Of a stretch of DNA of 64,000 nucleotides, positions 28,421 to 39,157 are shown piece by piece. This stretch comes from Mycobacteriales bacterium. Lineage in GTDB: Bacteria > Actinomycetota > Actinomycetes > JADGOV01. The stretch is from positions 15,633-79,632 of the forward strand of contig JBBSIN010000001.1 of the NCBI GenBank assembly GCA_038232055.1, given 5' to 3'. A program made the position numbers and the translations under genes. The notes beneath the pieces were generated by a model, which had not been told where the DNA came from, did not search any database, and saw nothing but the letters and a program-made list of their open reading frames with translations. The number at the start of each line of letters is the position of its first letter. Position 1 is the first letter of the stretch.

Positions 28421-29596
28421 TTAGAACGGCGCGGTGCCGAGCGTCACCGTCGCCGTGTGCGAGCTGCCGCCTCGGGTGTACTGGATCGAGATGGTGTCGC
28501 CCGGGCGCTGTGAGCGTACGGCGGCGACGAGTGCGTCGGCGGAGGTGACCGGTCGCTGGCCCACGGCGGTGACCACGTCGCCCTGCCGGAGGCCCGCCTT
28601 GGCGGCCGGACCGCCGGCGACGATCTGGCCGAGCACCGCGCCGTCCTTGGCGCCGTTCGCCACGTCGGTCACCTGCACCCCGGCGTAGGCGTGCTTGGCG
28701 TGACCGGTACGGATCAGCTCGTCGGCGATCGGCTTCGCCTGGTCAACCGGTATCGCGAAGCCGAGACCGATGCTGCCCGACTGCCCGTCCACGGACCCGC
28801 CGAGCGTCGCGATCGCCGAGTTGATGGCGACGACCTCACCGCGCATGTTGACGAGCGGGCCGCCGGAGTTGCCCGGATTGATCGCGGCATCGGTCTGGAT
28901 GGCGTCGAGCACGGTGCTCGTGGTGTCGCTGCCGTTTCCGGCGCCGCCCGTGCGCACCGGCCGGTTCAGCGCGCTCACGATGCCCGAGGTGACGGTGCTC
29001 GTCAGGCCGAGGGGCGAGCCGAACGCGACGACCGGGTCGCCCACCGCGAGAACGCCGGACCGACCGATGGCGGCCGGGGTGAGGCCCTGCGAGTTCTTCA
29101 CCTGGATGACGGCGAGGTCCGACACCGGGTCGCGGCCGACGATCGTGGCCGGCCGGTCACTGCCGTCCGAGAGCCGTACCGTGACCGTCCCGCCATCGGC
29201 ACCTGGCGCCACGACGTGGTTGTTGGTGACGATGTGGCCGGCGCCGTCGAAGACGAATCCGGTGCCCACCCCGCTGCCCTGCGCGCCGCGTACGGAGATC
29301 GAGACGACGCTCGGCAGGACCTTGGCGGCGACGGCGGCGACCGACCCGCTGGGCGCGACTGCCGAAACCGGTACCGCCGTCCCGGCCGTGCTGGTCGCGG
29401 CGGCGGGAGCGGTGTTGTCGTCGAGGGTGGCGGTGACCGCCGCACCGGCACCGCCGCCGACAAGGGCACTGGCGAGGGCGAGCGCGAGGAGGCCGGCCGC
29501 CGGGCGGCGCCGCCGCTTCGGGGGGGAGGGCGGCGCCGCCCAGTTGGTGGGGGGCGTGCTCGGCAGTGGTTCGGTGGGGTATCCCGGCTCGGTCAT
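28421..29596 (-). CDS. pepD: HtrA/DegP-family serine protease with a PDZ domain
   Basis: Pro-rich N-terminus with a TM anchor, GNSGGPL catalytic motif, and a PDZ domain. Lies downstream of mprAB, as in mycobacteria. Confidence 0.8.
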   Translation of the reverse strand: MTEPGYPTEPLPSTPPTNWAAPPSPPKRRRRPAAGLLALALASALVGGGAGAAVTATLDDNTAPAAATSTAGTAVPVSAVAPSGSVAAVAAKVLPSVVSISVRGAQGSGVGTGFVFDGAGHIVTNNHVVAPGADGGTVTVRLSDGSDRPATIVGRDPVSDLAVIQVKNSQGLTPAAIGRSGVLAVGDPVVAFGSPLGLTSTVTSGIVSALNRPVRTGGAGNGSDTTSTVLDAIQTDAAINPGNSGGPLVNMRGEVVAINSAIATLGGSVDGQSGSIGLGFAIPVDQAKPIADELIRTGHAKHAYAGVQVTDVANGAKDGAVLGQIVAGGPAAKAGLRQGDVVTAVGQRPVTSADALVAAVRSQRPGDTISIQYTRGGSSHTATVTLGTAPF

Positions 29597-29678
29597 GACT
29601 CGAGGTTGCCTCGTGGGGCTGAGAGAACCCTGAGCGCCGGCCGAGAGTTCGGAAAGGATCCGGTCGACGCCGACCGCC

Positions 29679-31058
29679 TCACCCGTTCCGCGCCGGTTCC
29701 AGCTCAGCAGCCTGCCGATCGGGGCCGCCCGGTAGCCGCAGCGTGAGCAGCGCGCCGCCGCCGTACGCCGTACCGGCATCCACCGCTCCGCCGTGCTGCT
29801 CGGCGACCTGCCGGACGATGGCGAGACCGAGCCCCGATCCGGGCAGTGTGCGGGCGTCGGCCGCGCGGTAGAACCGGTCGAAGACGTGCGGCCGGTCCTG
29901 GTCGCTGATGCCGGGTCCCTCGTCGGCGACGGAGACCAGGCCGTCGTGCAGCGCGACGCGCACCGTCGCGTTGGGCGGGCTCCACTTCGTCGCGTTGTCC
30001 AGCAGGTTGGTCACTGCGCGTTCGAGGAGGCGACGGTCACCGCGGACAACCCACGGTTGCACGTCGACCTCGAAGCGCAGCCCGCCACCTCGTCGTCGCG
30101 CCCGCTCGACAGCGTCCTGGACGACCACGACAAGATCGACGTCGCTGATCTCCTCGGGACGCGCGTTGTCCCGCGCCAGCTCGACGAGGTCGGTGACCAG
30201 GCCGGAAAGCTCGACGACCTGGCCGCGCACATCGCTGAGCAGCTGCCGTCGGTCCTCCGGCGACAGCCCGGCGCCGCCGTCGGTCTGTGCCAGCAGGTCG
30301 AGGTTTGTGCGCAGGCTGGTCAGTGGTGTACGCAGCTCGTGACCGGCGTCGGCGACGAGACGTCGCTGCCGGTCGCGTGAGTCGGCCAGGGCGGCGAGCA
30401 TCGCGTTGAACGCGAGGGCCAGCCGGGCCAGCTCGTCGTCGCCGCGCACCTCGATCGGCTCCAGCTCCTCGGTGCGGGCCACGTGCTCTGCCGCGGCCGT
30501 CAGCCGCTCAACGGGAGCGAGACCGGCCCGGGCCACGGCCATGCCGGCGCTGGCGGCCACGACGATGCCGACCAGCCCGACGGCGAGCAGGACAAACGTC
30601 AGTCGGCGCAGGACCCGCTCCGACTCGGCGAGCGAGCGGGCGACGACGAGGGCGTAGCCGTTCGGTGTCCGTACGGCGACGACGCGGTAGCGCTGGCCGT
30701 TGAATGACGTGGTCCGCAGCGACCGGTCGCGCCGGCCGGCGGCGACCTGGAGCTCGCCCCGGCCGGGCGGTAGGGCGGTCTCTCCGAAGGCACCGATGCT
30801 GAGCCCGTCGCTGCGCACCAGGGCGATCCGCACGTCGGCGGCACCGAGCGCGGCGGCGGGAATCCGGGACAGCAGGCTGGGGTCACCCAGTGGCCCGGTG
30901 GCGGCCCCTCTGGCTCGCGCGACGAGGGAGGCGTCGACCTGGTGCACCAGCTCGTGCCGCAGCGTGACGTACGCCGCCCCGGCCGCGAGCGCGACCGCGA
31001 TTCCCACGGCGGCTGCAGCGAGCAGGGCCACCCGCGCCCGCAGGGACAGCCCGGTCAC
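29679..31058 (-). CDS. mprB: Two-component sensor histidine kinase MprB-like
   Basis: TM, periplasmic loop, TM, HAMP, HisKA ([12 protein letters not shown]), HATPase (GSGLGLAIV). GTGA overlap with the response regulator. Confidence 0.75.
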   Translation of the reverse strand: MTGLSLRARVALLAAAAVGIAVALAAGAAYVTLRHELVHQVDASLVARARGAATGPLGDPSLLSRIPAAALGAADVRIALVRSDGLSIGAFGETALPPGRGELQVAAGRRDRSLRTTSFNGQRYRVVAVRTPNGYALVVARSLAESERVLRRLTFVLLAVGLVGIVVAASAGMAVARAGLAPVERLTAAAEHVARTEELEPIEVRGDDELARLALAFNAMLAALADSRDRQRRLVADAGHELRTPLTSLRTNLDLLAQTDGGAGLSPEDRRQLLSDVRGQVVELSGLVTDLVELARDNARPEEISDVDLVVVVQDAVERARRRGGGLRFEVDVQPWVVRGDRRLLERAVTNLLDNATKWSPPNATVRVALHDGLVSVADEGPGISDQDRPHVFDRFYRAADARTLPGSGLGLAIVRQVAEQHGGAVDAGTAYGGGALLTLRLPGGPDRQAAELEPARNG

Positions 31059-31735
31059 GGCGGCGACTCGCGGAGGACATAACCCACCCCGCGCACGGTG
31101 TGGACCAGGCGCGCCTCGTCGCCGGCCTCCGTCTTGCGCCGCAGGTAGCCGATGTAGACCTCAAGGGAGTTGGCGGTGGTCGGGAAGTCGTAGCCCCAGA
31201 CATCCTCGAGGATCCGCTCCCGGGTGAGCACCTGGCGCGGATGTCGCAGGAGCAGCTCGAGCAGCGCGAACTCCGTGCGAGTGAGCCGGATGTCACGGTC
31301 GCCGCGGCGTACCTCCCGCGTTCCCGGGTCGAGCGAGAGGTCCGCGAAGCTCAGCACCCCGGCCGGCTCGTCCCGGCGCGCGCGTCGCAGCAACGCCCGC
31401 AGCCGGGCCAGCAGCTCCTCCAGCGCGAACGGCTTCGGCAGGTAGTCGTCGGCGCCGGCGTCGAGGCCCGCGACGCGGTCCGCCACCGAGTCGCGCGCGG
31501 TGAGGACCAGCACCGGCAGGTCGTCGCCGGCGGCCCGCAGCCGGCGGCACGCCTCCAGCCCATCGACTCTCGGCATCATCACATCGAGCACCAGTGCGTC
31601 GGGCCGTCGCTGGGCCACGGCGTCGAGCGCCGCCGCGCCGTCGTTGGCCAGTTCGACGCGGTAGCCGTTGTAGATCAGCGACCGGCGCAGCGACTCCCGT
31701 ACCGCGGCGTCGTCGTCGACGACGAGGATGCGCAT
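31055..31735 (-). CDS. mprA: OmpR-family response regulator MprA-like
   Basis: [16 protein letters not shown]...D..VMMP REC domain plus a winged helix (VRGVGYVL). Confidence 0.8.
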   Translation of the reverse strand: MRILVVDDDAAVRESLRRSLIYNGYRVELANDGAAALDAVAQRRPDALVLDVMMPRVDGLEACRRLRAAGDDLPVLVLTARDSVADRVAGLDAGADDYLPKPFALEELLARLRALLRRARRDEPAGVLSFADLSLDPGTREVRRGDRDIRLTRTEFALLELLLRHPRQVLTRERILEDVWGYDFPTTANSLEVYIGYLRRKTEAGDEARLVHTVRGVGYVLRESPP

Positions 31736-31822
31736 GACGATCAGTGTGCGGCGTACAGCTGAGAACCGGCTAAGGACCCGCGGCCGACGCCGCTTCCGGT
31801 GCGAAGCAGTAGCGTCGCTGTC

Positions 31823-33289
31823 ATGGCGACGAGCGACCAGGAACGTCGGGTTCTCGATCGGGTGCCGAAGGGCCTCTACATCGGTGGCGAGTGGCGGAAC
31901 GCGAGCGGTGGCCGAACCCTGTCGGTCGAGGATCCGGCGACGACCGAGTCGCTCTGCGAGGTCGCCGACGCAACGCCGGAGGACGCCATCGCCGCCCTCG
32001 ATGCGGCGTGCAAAGCACAGGCTTCGTGGGCGGTGACCGCGCCCAGGGAGCGCAGTGAGATCCTGCGCCGCTCGTACGAGCTGCTCAACGAGCGGGCCGA
32101 CGAGTTCGCCCTGCTCATGACACTGGAGATGGGCAAGAACGTCACCGAGTCAAAGGCCGAGATCGTCTACGCCGCGGAGTTCTTCCGGTGGTTCGGGGAG
32201 CAGGCGGTGCGGATCGACGGCCGCTGGTCGCGTGAGCCGGGCGGCAAGGGCCGGCTGCTGACGATGCAGCAGCCGGTGGGACCGTGCCTGCTGATCACCC
32301 CATGGAACTTCCCGATGGCGATGGGCACTCGCAAGATCGGTCCGGCGATCGCTGCCGGCTGCACCATGGTCGCCAAGCCCGCCCAGCTGACGCCGCTGTC
32401 GATGAACATGCTCGCCGACGTGCTCGCCGAAGCCGGGCTGCCGGCCGGCGTTCTCAACGTGGTCACCGCCTCCTCGGCCGGGAAGACCGTCGGGCCGTTG
32501 CTGGCCGACCAGCGGCTGCGCAAGATGTCCTTCACCGGCTCGACCCCGGTCGGGAAAAGGCTGATGGAGCAGGCGGCGGGCAACCTGCTCCGGATATCGA
32601 TGGAACTCGGCGGCAATGCGCCGTACCTCGTCTTCGACGACGCCGACCTCGAAGCCGCGGTCGAGCAGGCGATGGTCGCGAAGATGCGCAACATGGGCGA
32701 ATCCTGCGTCGCCGCCAACCGGTTCCACGTGCATGAGTCGATCTCGGAGGAGTTCGCCGCCCGGCTCGCCGAGAAGATGTCCTCGCTCAGGGTGGGCCGC
32801 GGCACCGAGCCGGATACCGACGTCGGGCCGCTCATCGACGACGCCCAGCGGGGCAAGGTGCGCGAGTTGGTCGACGACGCAGTCGAACACGGCGCGAAGG
32901 TGGTGGTCGGCGGCTCGGCGCCGGACCGTCGCGGTTACTTCTTCGACCCGACCGTGATCAGCGGCGTGGAGGAGGACGCGCGGATGTACCGGGAAGAGAT
33001 CTTCGGCCCGGTCGCGCCGGTCTACTCCTTCCGTACCGACGAGGAGGCGCTGGCCGCCGCCAACGGCACCGAGTACGGGCTCGTGGCCTACGTCTTCACC
33101 CGCGACCTCGGCCGGGCGCTGCGCGTCGTCGAGGGGCTCGAGACGGGCATGGTCGGCCTCAACAAGGGGCTGGTGTCCAACCCGGCGGCACCGTTCGGTG
33201 GCGTGAAGTGGTCCGGTTTCGGCCGCGAGGGCGGCTCGGAGGGCATCGAGGAGTACCTCTCGACGAAGTACGTCGCCATCGACGCCTGA
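31823..33289 (+). CDS. gabD: Succinate-semialdehyde dehydrogenase (NAD(P)+)
   Basis: ALDH family with [16 protein letters not shown] and GQ-C-x-A-type motifs ([10 protein letters not shown]). The start could also be ATG 31799. Confidence 0.85.
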   Translation: MATSDQERRVLDRVPKGLYIGGEWRNASGGRTLSVEDPATTESLCEVADATPEDAIAALDAACKAQASWAVTAPRERSEILRRSYELLNERADEFALLMTLEMGKNVTESKAEIVYAAEFFRWFGEQAVRIDGRWSREPGGKGRLLTMQQPVGPCLLITPWNFPMAMGTRKIGPAIAAGCTMVAKPAQLTPLSMNMLADVLAEAGLPAGVLNVVTASSAGKTVGPLLADQRLRKMSFTGSTPVGKRLMEQAAGNLLRISMELGGNAPYLVFDDADLEAAVEQAMVAKMRNMGESCVAANRFHVHESISEEFAARLAEKMSSLRVGRGTEPDTDVGPLIDDAQRGKVRELVDDAVEHGAKVVVGGSAPDRRGYFFDPTVISGVEEDARMYREEIFGPVAPVYSFRTDEEALAAANGTEYGLVAYVFTRDLGRALRVVEGLETGMVGLNKGLVSNPAAPFGGVKWSGFGREGGSEGIEEYLSTKYVAIDA

Positions 33290-33375
33290 ACGCTTTCCCC
33301 CCGGGCGCTGGCTAGGAAGCGGCCGACCTGCTGCCGGTATCCTGCCCCTCGGCGGGTCGGGCTTCGACTCGTCGA

Positions 33376-33469
33376 GGAGGCTTCGCCTAGTCCGGTCTAT
33401 GGCGCCGCACTGCTAATGCGGTTGGGGGCTTCAACCCCCTCCCGGGTTCAAATCCCGGAGCCTCCGCCA
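33376..33469 (+). tRNA. tRNA-Ser (anticodon GCU), long variable arm, encoded CCA
   Basis: Manually folded. Acceptor GGAGGCT/AGCCTCC, anticodon loop CUGCUAA, variable arm of 20 nt, T-loop TTCAAAT. Confidence 0.85.
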
Positions 33470-33516
33470 CCCTTCGGTCTGCCGGGGTGAACCCGCCGGC
33501 GCCGAAGGGTTATTTG
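33470..33516 (+). terminator. Intrinsic terminator after tRNA-Ser
   Basis: Hairpin ACCCTTCGG...CCGAAGGGT followed by TATTTG. Confidence 0.5.
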
Positions 33517-33633
33517 CTAGTGCAGAGGACGACATGACGTTCGTAGGGCAGGGCGGCTTGGAATCGCAAGTCTTGCCGATGCTGGACGAGTACCCCGCCG
33601 TCGTCGCAATGGAGGCACCTGCGGAGTCCGACG

Positions 33634-33951
33634 GTGGCTAACTTCGCGCTGAGCCTGGTGCATGGGTCAGGCTGGGACGACTCGCTCGGCATCCGTGAGC
33701 AGGCCGGCTGGGCAGAGCACGCCGCGTTCATGGACGGCTTGGTTGCCGGTGGCTTCATCCTGCTCGGCGGCCCGGTCGGTGACGGTCGGCAGACGCTGCA
33801 CGTGGTCGAAGCGGAGGACGAGCACCAGGTCCGCCTGCGTGTTGCCGAGGATCCGTGGGCGCGCGCCGGACTGCTGCAGGTCGGTTCGATTCAACCTTGG
33901 GCCCTCTGGCTTGACGTCAGAAACGACACGAGCTGGAGAACTGGCAACTGA
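33634..33951 (+). CDS. YciI-like (Dabb/stress-responsive alpha-beta barrel) protein
   Basis: 105-aa product ...GPVGDGRQTLHVVEAEDEHQVRLRVAEDPW..., a typical YCII family member. Local GC looks lower just upstream. Confidence 0.55.
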   Translation: MANFALSLVHGSGWDDSLGIREQAGWAEHAAFMDGLVAGGFILLGGPVGDGRQTLHVVEAEDEHQVRLRVAEDPWARAGLLQVGSIQPWALWLDVRNDTSWRTGN

Positions 33952-34039
33952 CAGGCAGCGGGGCGGGCGACTGCCAGGCCAGCTCGAAGCACCGTGGTGG
34001 CGTTTGCCAGGAGCGCTGACACCGGCGCGTCATCCCCCA

Positions 34040-34225
34040 ATCACGGGATCTCTGCAGCCAACCAGGACAGCACAGCGCCTGACGGGAACCAGCGAGAAAA
34101 GCGCGCTGGTTCGCCAGGCCCTGCGGGCGTTGATCGAGCGCGAGAGCGCACGGCGCCTGTCTCAACTAGCCGGTAGCGAACCTGGCGCGAAGGCGATCCC
34201 GAGACGGCGAACCACGGCTGCGTGA
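34040..34225 (+). pseudogene. vapB: vapB-type RHH antitoxin, 5'-truncated or degenerate (no canonical start codon)
   Basis: The in-frame product ...AQRLTGTSEKSALVRQALRALIERESARRLSQLAGSEPGAKAIPRRRTTAA* matches the C-terminal two-thirds of actinobacterial VapB antitoxins. There is no in-frame ATG, GTG or TTG between the upstream stop and the conserved LTG block. The stop overlaps the vapC GTG. Confidence 0.5.
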
Positions 34226-34599
34226 TCCTCGTCGACACCTCCATCTGGATCGACCACCTCCGCGTCGGCGATCGGAAGCTCTCTGCACTTCTCTGGGACG
34301 GCCACGTACTGTCCCACCCGTTGGTGGTAGGCGAACTCGCACTTGGCCCACTCAGTCGTCGCAGCGAGATCCTCGGGCTCCTCCGCAACCTTCCGCAAGC
34401 GAAGGGTGCGACGGACGCCGAGGTGCTGAACCTCGTCGAGAATCAGCAGCTGTTTGGGCTCGGCATCGGTTACGTCGACGCGCACCTGCTGGCCGCGACG
34501 ATGCTGACAGCAGGTGCAGGCTTGTGGACGCGCAACAAGAAACTCGCGGCGGTCGCCACTCACCTCGGGCTCACCAGCCACCAGGCGCCGAGGGTTTGA
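34222..34599 (+). CDS. vapC: VapC toxin (PIN-domain RNase)
   Basis: MILVDTSIWIDHLR...GELALG...DAHLLAATM. The PIN acidic residues are present. GTGA overlap with the vapB stop. Confidence 0.8.
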   Translation: MILVDTSIWIDHLRVGDRKLSALLWDGHVLSHPLVVGELALGPLSRRSEILGLLRNLPQAKGATDAEVLNLVENQQLFGLGIGYVDAHLLAATMLTAGAGLWTRNKKLAAVATHLGLTSHQAPRV

Positions 34600-34764
34600 G
34601 CGAGATACGCCCTCGTCCTGCAGGTGCAGCGACTACTCGCCGGGCGCAGCCAGCGCGGACGCAAAATCCCTGACCTGTTGGTGGCCGCCGCCGTCACTGG
34701 CCAGGCTGCACGTGGGTGGTGCCAGCGGGCACCGTCGAGTAGCGCCGCCAGCGGTCGCTGCGAA

Positions 34765-34923
34765 CTACCCCTGAGGCTCCGGCGCCGTGTCGTCGCCCTC
34801 GTTGGCGCCGACGGCCTCCTCGGCCGCCTCGCCACCGGTGCTCTCGTCGCCGAGACTGGTGTCGAAGCCGGCGCTGTCGAGGTCGCGGCCGGGGGTGTCG
34901 TTGCCCTCGGTCGGTGTGGTCAT
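34765..34923 (-). CDS. Small acidic protein (52 aa), hypothetical
   Basis: Perfect SD AAGGAGG 7 nt upstream of ATG 34923. Product MTTPTEGNDTPGRDLDSAGFDTSLGDESTGGEAAEEAVGANEGDDTAPEPQG with strongly GC-biased third positions. A + strand ORF also overlaps this region and was not chosen. Confidence 0.4.
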   Translation of the reverse strand: MTTPTEGNDTPGRDLDSAGFDTSLGDESTGGEAAEEAVGANEGDDTAPEPQG

Positions 34924-35031
34924 TGATGCCTCCTTGCTAGGAACGCTCGAGTTGGCAGGAACGCTCGCGCTTGGCAGGAACGCTCGCGGCTAGTGTTCAC
35001 CCCGTCGACAGCACACGCCGCGGGAGGGTGC

Positions 35032-36117
35032 ATGGCACAGGAGGTACGCGGGGTAGTCGCGTCCGAGAAGGGCGCTCCGGTGACCGTGGACACGATCGTC
35101 GTACCGGACCCGGGGCCGGGGGAGGCCGTCGTACGGGTGCAGGCCTGCGGGGTCTGCCACACCGACCTGCACTACCGCGAAGGCGGTATCAACGACGAGT
35201 TCCCCTTCCTCTTGGGTCACGAGGCCGCCGGCATCGTCGAGCAGGTGGGCGACGGCGTGGGCAATGTCGCCGAGGGCGACTACGTGATCCTGGCCTGGCG
35301 TGCGCCGTGCGGCACCTGCCGCGCGTGCCGGCGCGGCGAGCCGTGGTACTGCTTCGGGAGCCTCAACGCGGCGCAGCCCATGACGCTCGCCGACGGGACG
35401 CCGCTCTCGCCGGCGCTCGGCATCGGGGCGTTCGCCGAGAAGACGTTGGTGTCGGCTGCGCAATGCGTGCCAGTGGACCGGCGCGCCGATCCCGCCGCCG
35501 CCGGCCTCGTCGGCTGCGGCGTCATGGCCGGCTTCGGTGCAGCGGCGAACACCGGCGCCGTCCAGCGTGGCGACACGGTCGCGGTCATCGGCTGCGGCGG
35601 CGTCGGCAACGGCGCGGTGGCGGCGGCCGCGCTCGCCGGTGCCCGCAAGGTCATCGCGGTGGACGTTGACCGGCGCAAGCTCGACTGGGCGACCCGCTTC
35701 GGCGCCACCGACACCGTCGACGCGCGCAGCGAGGACGTCGTCGCGCGCATCCGCGAGCTGACCGACGGCTTCGGCGCCAACCTCGTCATCGATGCGGTCG
35801 GGCGGCCCGAGACCTACCGCCAGGCTTTCTACGCCCGCGACCTTGCCGGCACCGTGGTCCTCGTCGGCGTACCGACGCCGGACATGACGATCGACCTGCC
35901 ACTGATCGATGTCTTCGGCCGCGGGGGGGCGCTGAAGTCGTCCTGGTACGGCGACTGCCTTCCGACCCGTGATTTTCCGGCGCTCATCGACCTTTACCTG
36001 CGCGGCAAGCTGGACCTCGACGGGTTCGTGAGCGAGACGATTTCGCTCGACGGCGTCGAGGAGGCGTTCCACAAGATGGAGCGCGGAGAGGTGCTGCGCT
36101 CGGTGGTCATGCTGTGA
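35032..36117 (+). CDS. mscR: S-(hydroxymethyl)mycothiol / S-nitrosomycothiol dehydrogenase (class III ADH)
   Basis: Zn-ADH motifs ([13 protein letters not shown]-x-x-C-x-x-C at CGTCRAC) and a Rossmann motif (GCGGVG). Followed by an MBL-fold hydrolase, the conserved mycobacterial pair. Confidence 0.8.
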   Translation: MAQEVRGVVASEKGAPVTVDTIVVPDPGPGEAVVRVQACGVCHTDLHYREGGINDEFPFLLGHEAAGIVEQVGDGVGNVAEGDYVILAWRAPCGTCRACRRGEPWYCFGSLNAAQPMTLADGTPLSPALGIGAFAEKTLVSAAQCVPVDRRADPAAAGLVGCGVMAGFGAAANTGAVQRGDTVAVIGCGGVGNGAVAAAALAGARKVIAVDVDRRKLDWATRFGATDTVDARSEDVVARIRELTDGFGANLVIDAVGRPETYRQAFYARDLAGTVVLVGVPTPDMTIDLPLIDVFGRGGALKSSWYGDCLPTRDFPALIDLYLRGKLDLDGFVSETISLDGVEEAFHKMERGEVLRSVVML

Positions 36118-36737
36118 GGATCGGCCACCTCGTCACGAGCGGCGTCTTCAGCCTCGACGGGCAGGACTTCGACGTCGACAACAACGTCTGGCTCTTCGGC
36201 GATGATCGCGAGGTCCTCGTCGTCGATGCCCCGCACGATGCCGCGGCCATCGCCCGTGCCGCTGGCGACCGCCTGGTCGTCGCGATCGCATGCACCCATG
36301 CGCACAGCGACCACGTCGACGCCGCGCTCGAGCTGGCCGACCGGACCGGCGCGCCGGTGCTGCTGCACCCCGACGACCGCGTGCTGTGGGACCAGACCCA
36401 TCCCGATCGCGGACCCGACGGGTCGCTCGCCGACGGGCAAGTGCTCTCCGTTGGCGGGACCGACGTGCACGTGCTGCACACGCCGGGGCATGCACCCGGG
36501 GCCGTCTGCTTCTACGTTCCTGGCGAGGGCGTGCTCTTCAGTGGCGACACGCTGTTCCAGGGCGGCCCCGGCGCCACCGGACGGTCATACAGCGACTTCC
36601 CGACCATCCTGCGGTCGATCCGTGAGCGGCTGCTTCCCCTGCCGCCGGACACCGTCGTGCACACCGGGCACGGCGACGACACGACGATCGGCGCCGAGGC
36701 CCCGTCGTACGACGACTGGGTCCGGAGAGGTCACTAG
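36114..36737 (+). CDS. MBL-fold metallo-hydrolase (S-formylmycothiol hydrolase-like)
   Basis: THAHSDH motif and ...[12 protein letters not shown] overlap with the mscR stop. Confidence 0.75.
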   Translation: MRIGHLVTSGVFSLDGQDFDVDNNVWLFGDDREVLVVDAPHDAAAIARAAGDRLVVAIACTHAHSDHVDAALELADRTGAPVLLHPDDRVLWDQTHPDRGPDGSLADGQVLSVGGTDVHVLHTPGHAPGAVCFYVPGEGVLFSGDTLFQGGPGATGRSYSDFPTILRSIRERLLPLPPDTVVHTGHGDDTTIGAEAPSYDDWVRRGH

Positions 36738-37283
36738 GTGGCGGTTCGGCTCAGCAGCGGCGCTGAGGCAGACGAGATCGCCGTACGCAACCTGATGACG
36801 GCGTACTTCTACGAGATGGCGACCTGGGATCCGGGCATCGCGATCAACCGCTTCGGGCTGCCGGTGTGGGCCGCCAACGGGCCGGGGCCTGCCACGATCG
36901 ACGCGTGCACGCCGCACAACTGGTGGATCCGCGGCGAGTGCCACCGCTACGTGTTCCGCACGGACGATGACGCTGCCGCGGGGTACGCCGTTGTCTGCGA
37001 CAACCGCGGCCACGTGCCGGCGGGCGCCGACTCCTACCTGCTCGACTTCTACGTGACCGGAAAGTACCGGCGGGCCGGGATCGGCAGGCAGGCCGCGACG
37101 ATGCTGCTGGAGCGCCACCCTGGCAGGTGGGCGCTGTACACCCTCGCCGACAACACGACGGCACAGGCATTCTGGCGGACCGTACTCGCGGCAGCCGCGG
37201 ACGACGTGACCGAAGCGGAGGGCGGCACGGAGTTCCGCTTCCGCACCATGAGCGGCACCGTGAGACGGGGGAGTCCATCTTGA
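36738..37283 (+). CDS. GNAT-like acetyltransferase-fold protein
   Basis: 181 aa, ...GKYRRAGIGRQAATMLLE... GTG start directly after the MBL hydrolase stop. Confidence 0.5.
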   Translation: MAVRLSSGAEADEIAVRNLMTAYFYEMATWDPGIAINRFGLPVWAANGPGPATIDACTPHNWWIRGECHRYVFRTDDDAAAGYAVVCDNRGHVPAGADSYLLDFYVTGKYRRAGIGRQAATMLLERHPGRWALYTLADNTTAQAFWRTVLAAAADDVTEAEGGTEFRFRTMSGTVRRGSPS

Positions 37284-39124
37284 GCTCGGTGCCCATCGCC
37301 GACCACGCGTTGCTGTCCGACTGTCATTCGGCGGCACTGGTCAACACGGCTGGGTCGGTGGAGTGGCTCTGCTTCCCGCGGTTCGACAGCCCCTCCGTGT
37401 TCGCCCGGCTTCTCGACGACGACGCCGGTCACTGGTCGATCCGGCCGGTTGAGAAGTACGACGCCAGCCGGCGCTACCTCGACCGGACGATGGTCCTCGA
37501 GACCACGTTCCGCAGCGGCGGCGGGGTCGTCGTGCTGGTCGACGCTCTCGCGGTCGGTCCGGAGAACACCGGGCACCGGCTCGGCGTCGGGTCGCCGCAT
37601 CTGCTCATCCGCGACCTGCGCTGCACCGAGGGCGAGATCGAGCTGGAGATCTCCTACGCGCCGCGCCCGGAGTACGCCCGGGTTTCGCCGCTGCTGCGCG
37701 ACTGCGACGGCGGCATCACGGCCCGCGGCGGCGCGGACTGGCTGGTGCTCACCTCTCCGGTGGAGCTTCGTCGCGACGGGTCGACCGCGACCGGCCGGGT
37801 GCGGCTGCGCGCCGGGGAGTCGCTGACCTTTGCGCTGCACCGCTCGACACTGGAGCAGGAGCCCGCGCACGTCTGGTCGCAGGAGGACCTTGCGGCCCGT
37901 CTCGCCGCGACGGTCGAGGGATGGCGCTCCTGGTCGGCGCTGCACCAGAGCTACGAAGGGCCTTGGCAGGACCTGGTGCACCACGGCGGGCGGGTGCTGC
38001 AGGCGCTGACCTTCCAGCCGAGCGGGGCCATCGTGGCCGCGGCGACGACCTCCCTCCCCGAGGCGGTCGGCGGCGAACGCAACTGGGACTACCGCTACGC
38101 GTGGGTGCGCGATGCCAGCTTCACGATGAAGGCGCTATGGGTCGCGGCTTGCCCCGACGAGGCCGGCGACTTCTTCGCCTTCATGGCCACCGCGGCCGCC
38201 GCCTCGCTCGGGCCGGAGTCGATGCTGCAGATCATGTTCGGGGTCGGCGGCGAGCATGACCTGTCCGAGCGCAGCCTCGAGCACCTGAGTGGCTGGCGGA
38301 ATAGCGCGCCGGTACGCGTCGGCAACGGTGCGTGGAACCAGCAGCAGATCGACGTGTACGGCGAGCTCCTCGACGCCGCGGGACGCCTCGCCGACCAGCT
38401 GGGCGACGTCGACGACGACGTACGGGCGTTCCTCGTCGCGTGTGCCGACACCGCGGCGTCGCGCTGGCACGACACCGACCAGGGCATCTGGGAGGTCCGC
38501 GGCGAGCCAAGGCACTACCTGTACTCCAAGGTCATGTGCTGGGTCGCCCTCGACCGCGCGGTGTCGCTCGCGGAGCGGCTCGGTGCAACGGACAAGGTCG
38601 CCGGCTGGAAGCGCGTTCAGCAGGAGATCCACCAGACCGTGCTTCGCGACGGGTGGAGCGAGCGGGCCGGCGCCTTCACCCAGTACTTCGGCACCGAGAA
38701 CCTCGACGCCTCGGCCCTCATGCTGCCGATCGTCGGCTTCCTGCCGGCCGACGACCCGCGGATGGTTTCGACGATCGACGCGATCGAAAAGCGGCTCAGC
38801 GACGACAACGGGCTCGTCTACCGGTACCGGACCTCCGGTGACGGCGGCGGCGACGGTGACGGGCTGGCCGGCGAGGAGGGCACCTTCTTGCTCTGCACGT
38901 TCTGGCTCGCGCAGGCACTCGCGTTGGCTGGCAACGTCGACCGGGCGAGGACCGTCTTCGAGCGGGCGATCGGCTACGCCAACGACGTCGGGCTGCTGGC
39001 GGAGGAGGTCGACGAGACGACCGGCGAGCTGCTCGGCAACTTCCCGCAGGCGTTCAGCCACATCGGCCTGGTGAACGCGGCGTGGGTGATCAGCGAGGCC
39101 GAGCGTACGGCGGCCGGGGACTGA
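37280..39124 (+). CDS. Glycoside hydrolase family 15 (glucoamylase/trehalase-like (alpha/alpha)6 barrel)
   Basis: TTG start overlapping the upstream stop. ...WDYRYAWVRDASFT... and ...CTFWLAQALALAG... GH15 signatures. Confidence 0.7.
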   Translation: MSSVPIADHALLSDCHSAALVNTAGSVEWLCFPRFDSPSVFARLLDDDAGHWSIRPVEKYDASRRYLDRTMVLETTFRSGGGVVVLVDALAVGPENTGHRLGVGSPHLLIRDLRCTEGEIELEISYAPRPEYARVSPLLRDCDGGITARGGADWLVLTSPVELRRDGSTATGRVRLRAGESLTFALHRSTLEQEPAHVWSQEDLAARLAATVEGWRSWSALHQSYEGPWQDLVHHGGRVLQALTFQPSGAIVAAATTSLPEAVGGERNWDYRYAWVRDASFTMKALWVAACPDEAGDFFAFMATAAAASLGPESMLQIMFGVGGEHDLSERSLEHLSGWRNSAPVRVGNGAWNQQQIDVYGELLDAAGRLADQLGDVDDDVRAFLVACADTAASRWHDTDQGIWEVRGEPRHYLYSKVMCWVALDRAVSLAERLGATDKVAGWKRVQQEIHQTVLRDGWSERAGAFTQYFGTENLDASALMLPIVGFLPADDPRMVSTIDAIEKRLSDDNGLVYRYRTSGDGGGDGDGLAGEEGTFLLCTFWLAQALALAGNVDRARTVFERAIGYANDVGLLAEEVDETTGELLGNFPQAFSHIGLVNAAWVISEAERTAAGD

Positions 39125-39157
39125 CCGGCCAACCGGCCGGGCACGCGGCCGCCTCCG

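Noticed and set aside
34600-34760. Possible second PIN-domain remnant (translation ...GRKIPDLLVAAAVTG...)
   Set aside because: Only a short motif-like stretch with no start and no supporting context. Too weak to call.
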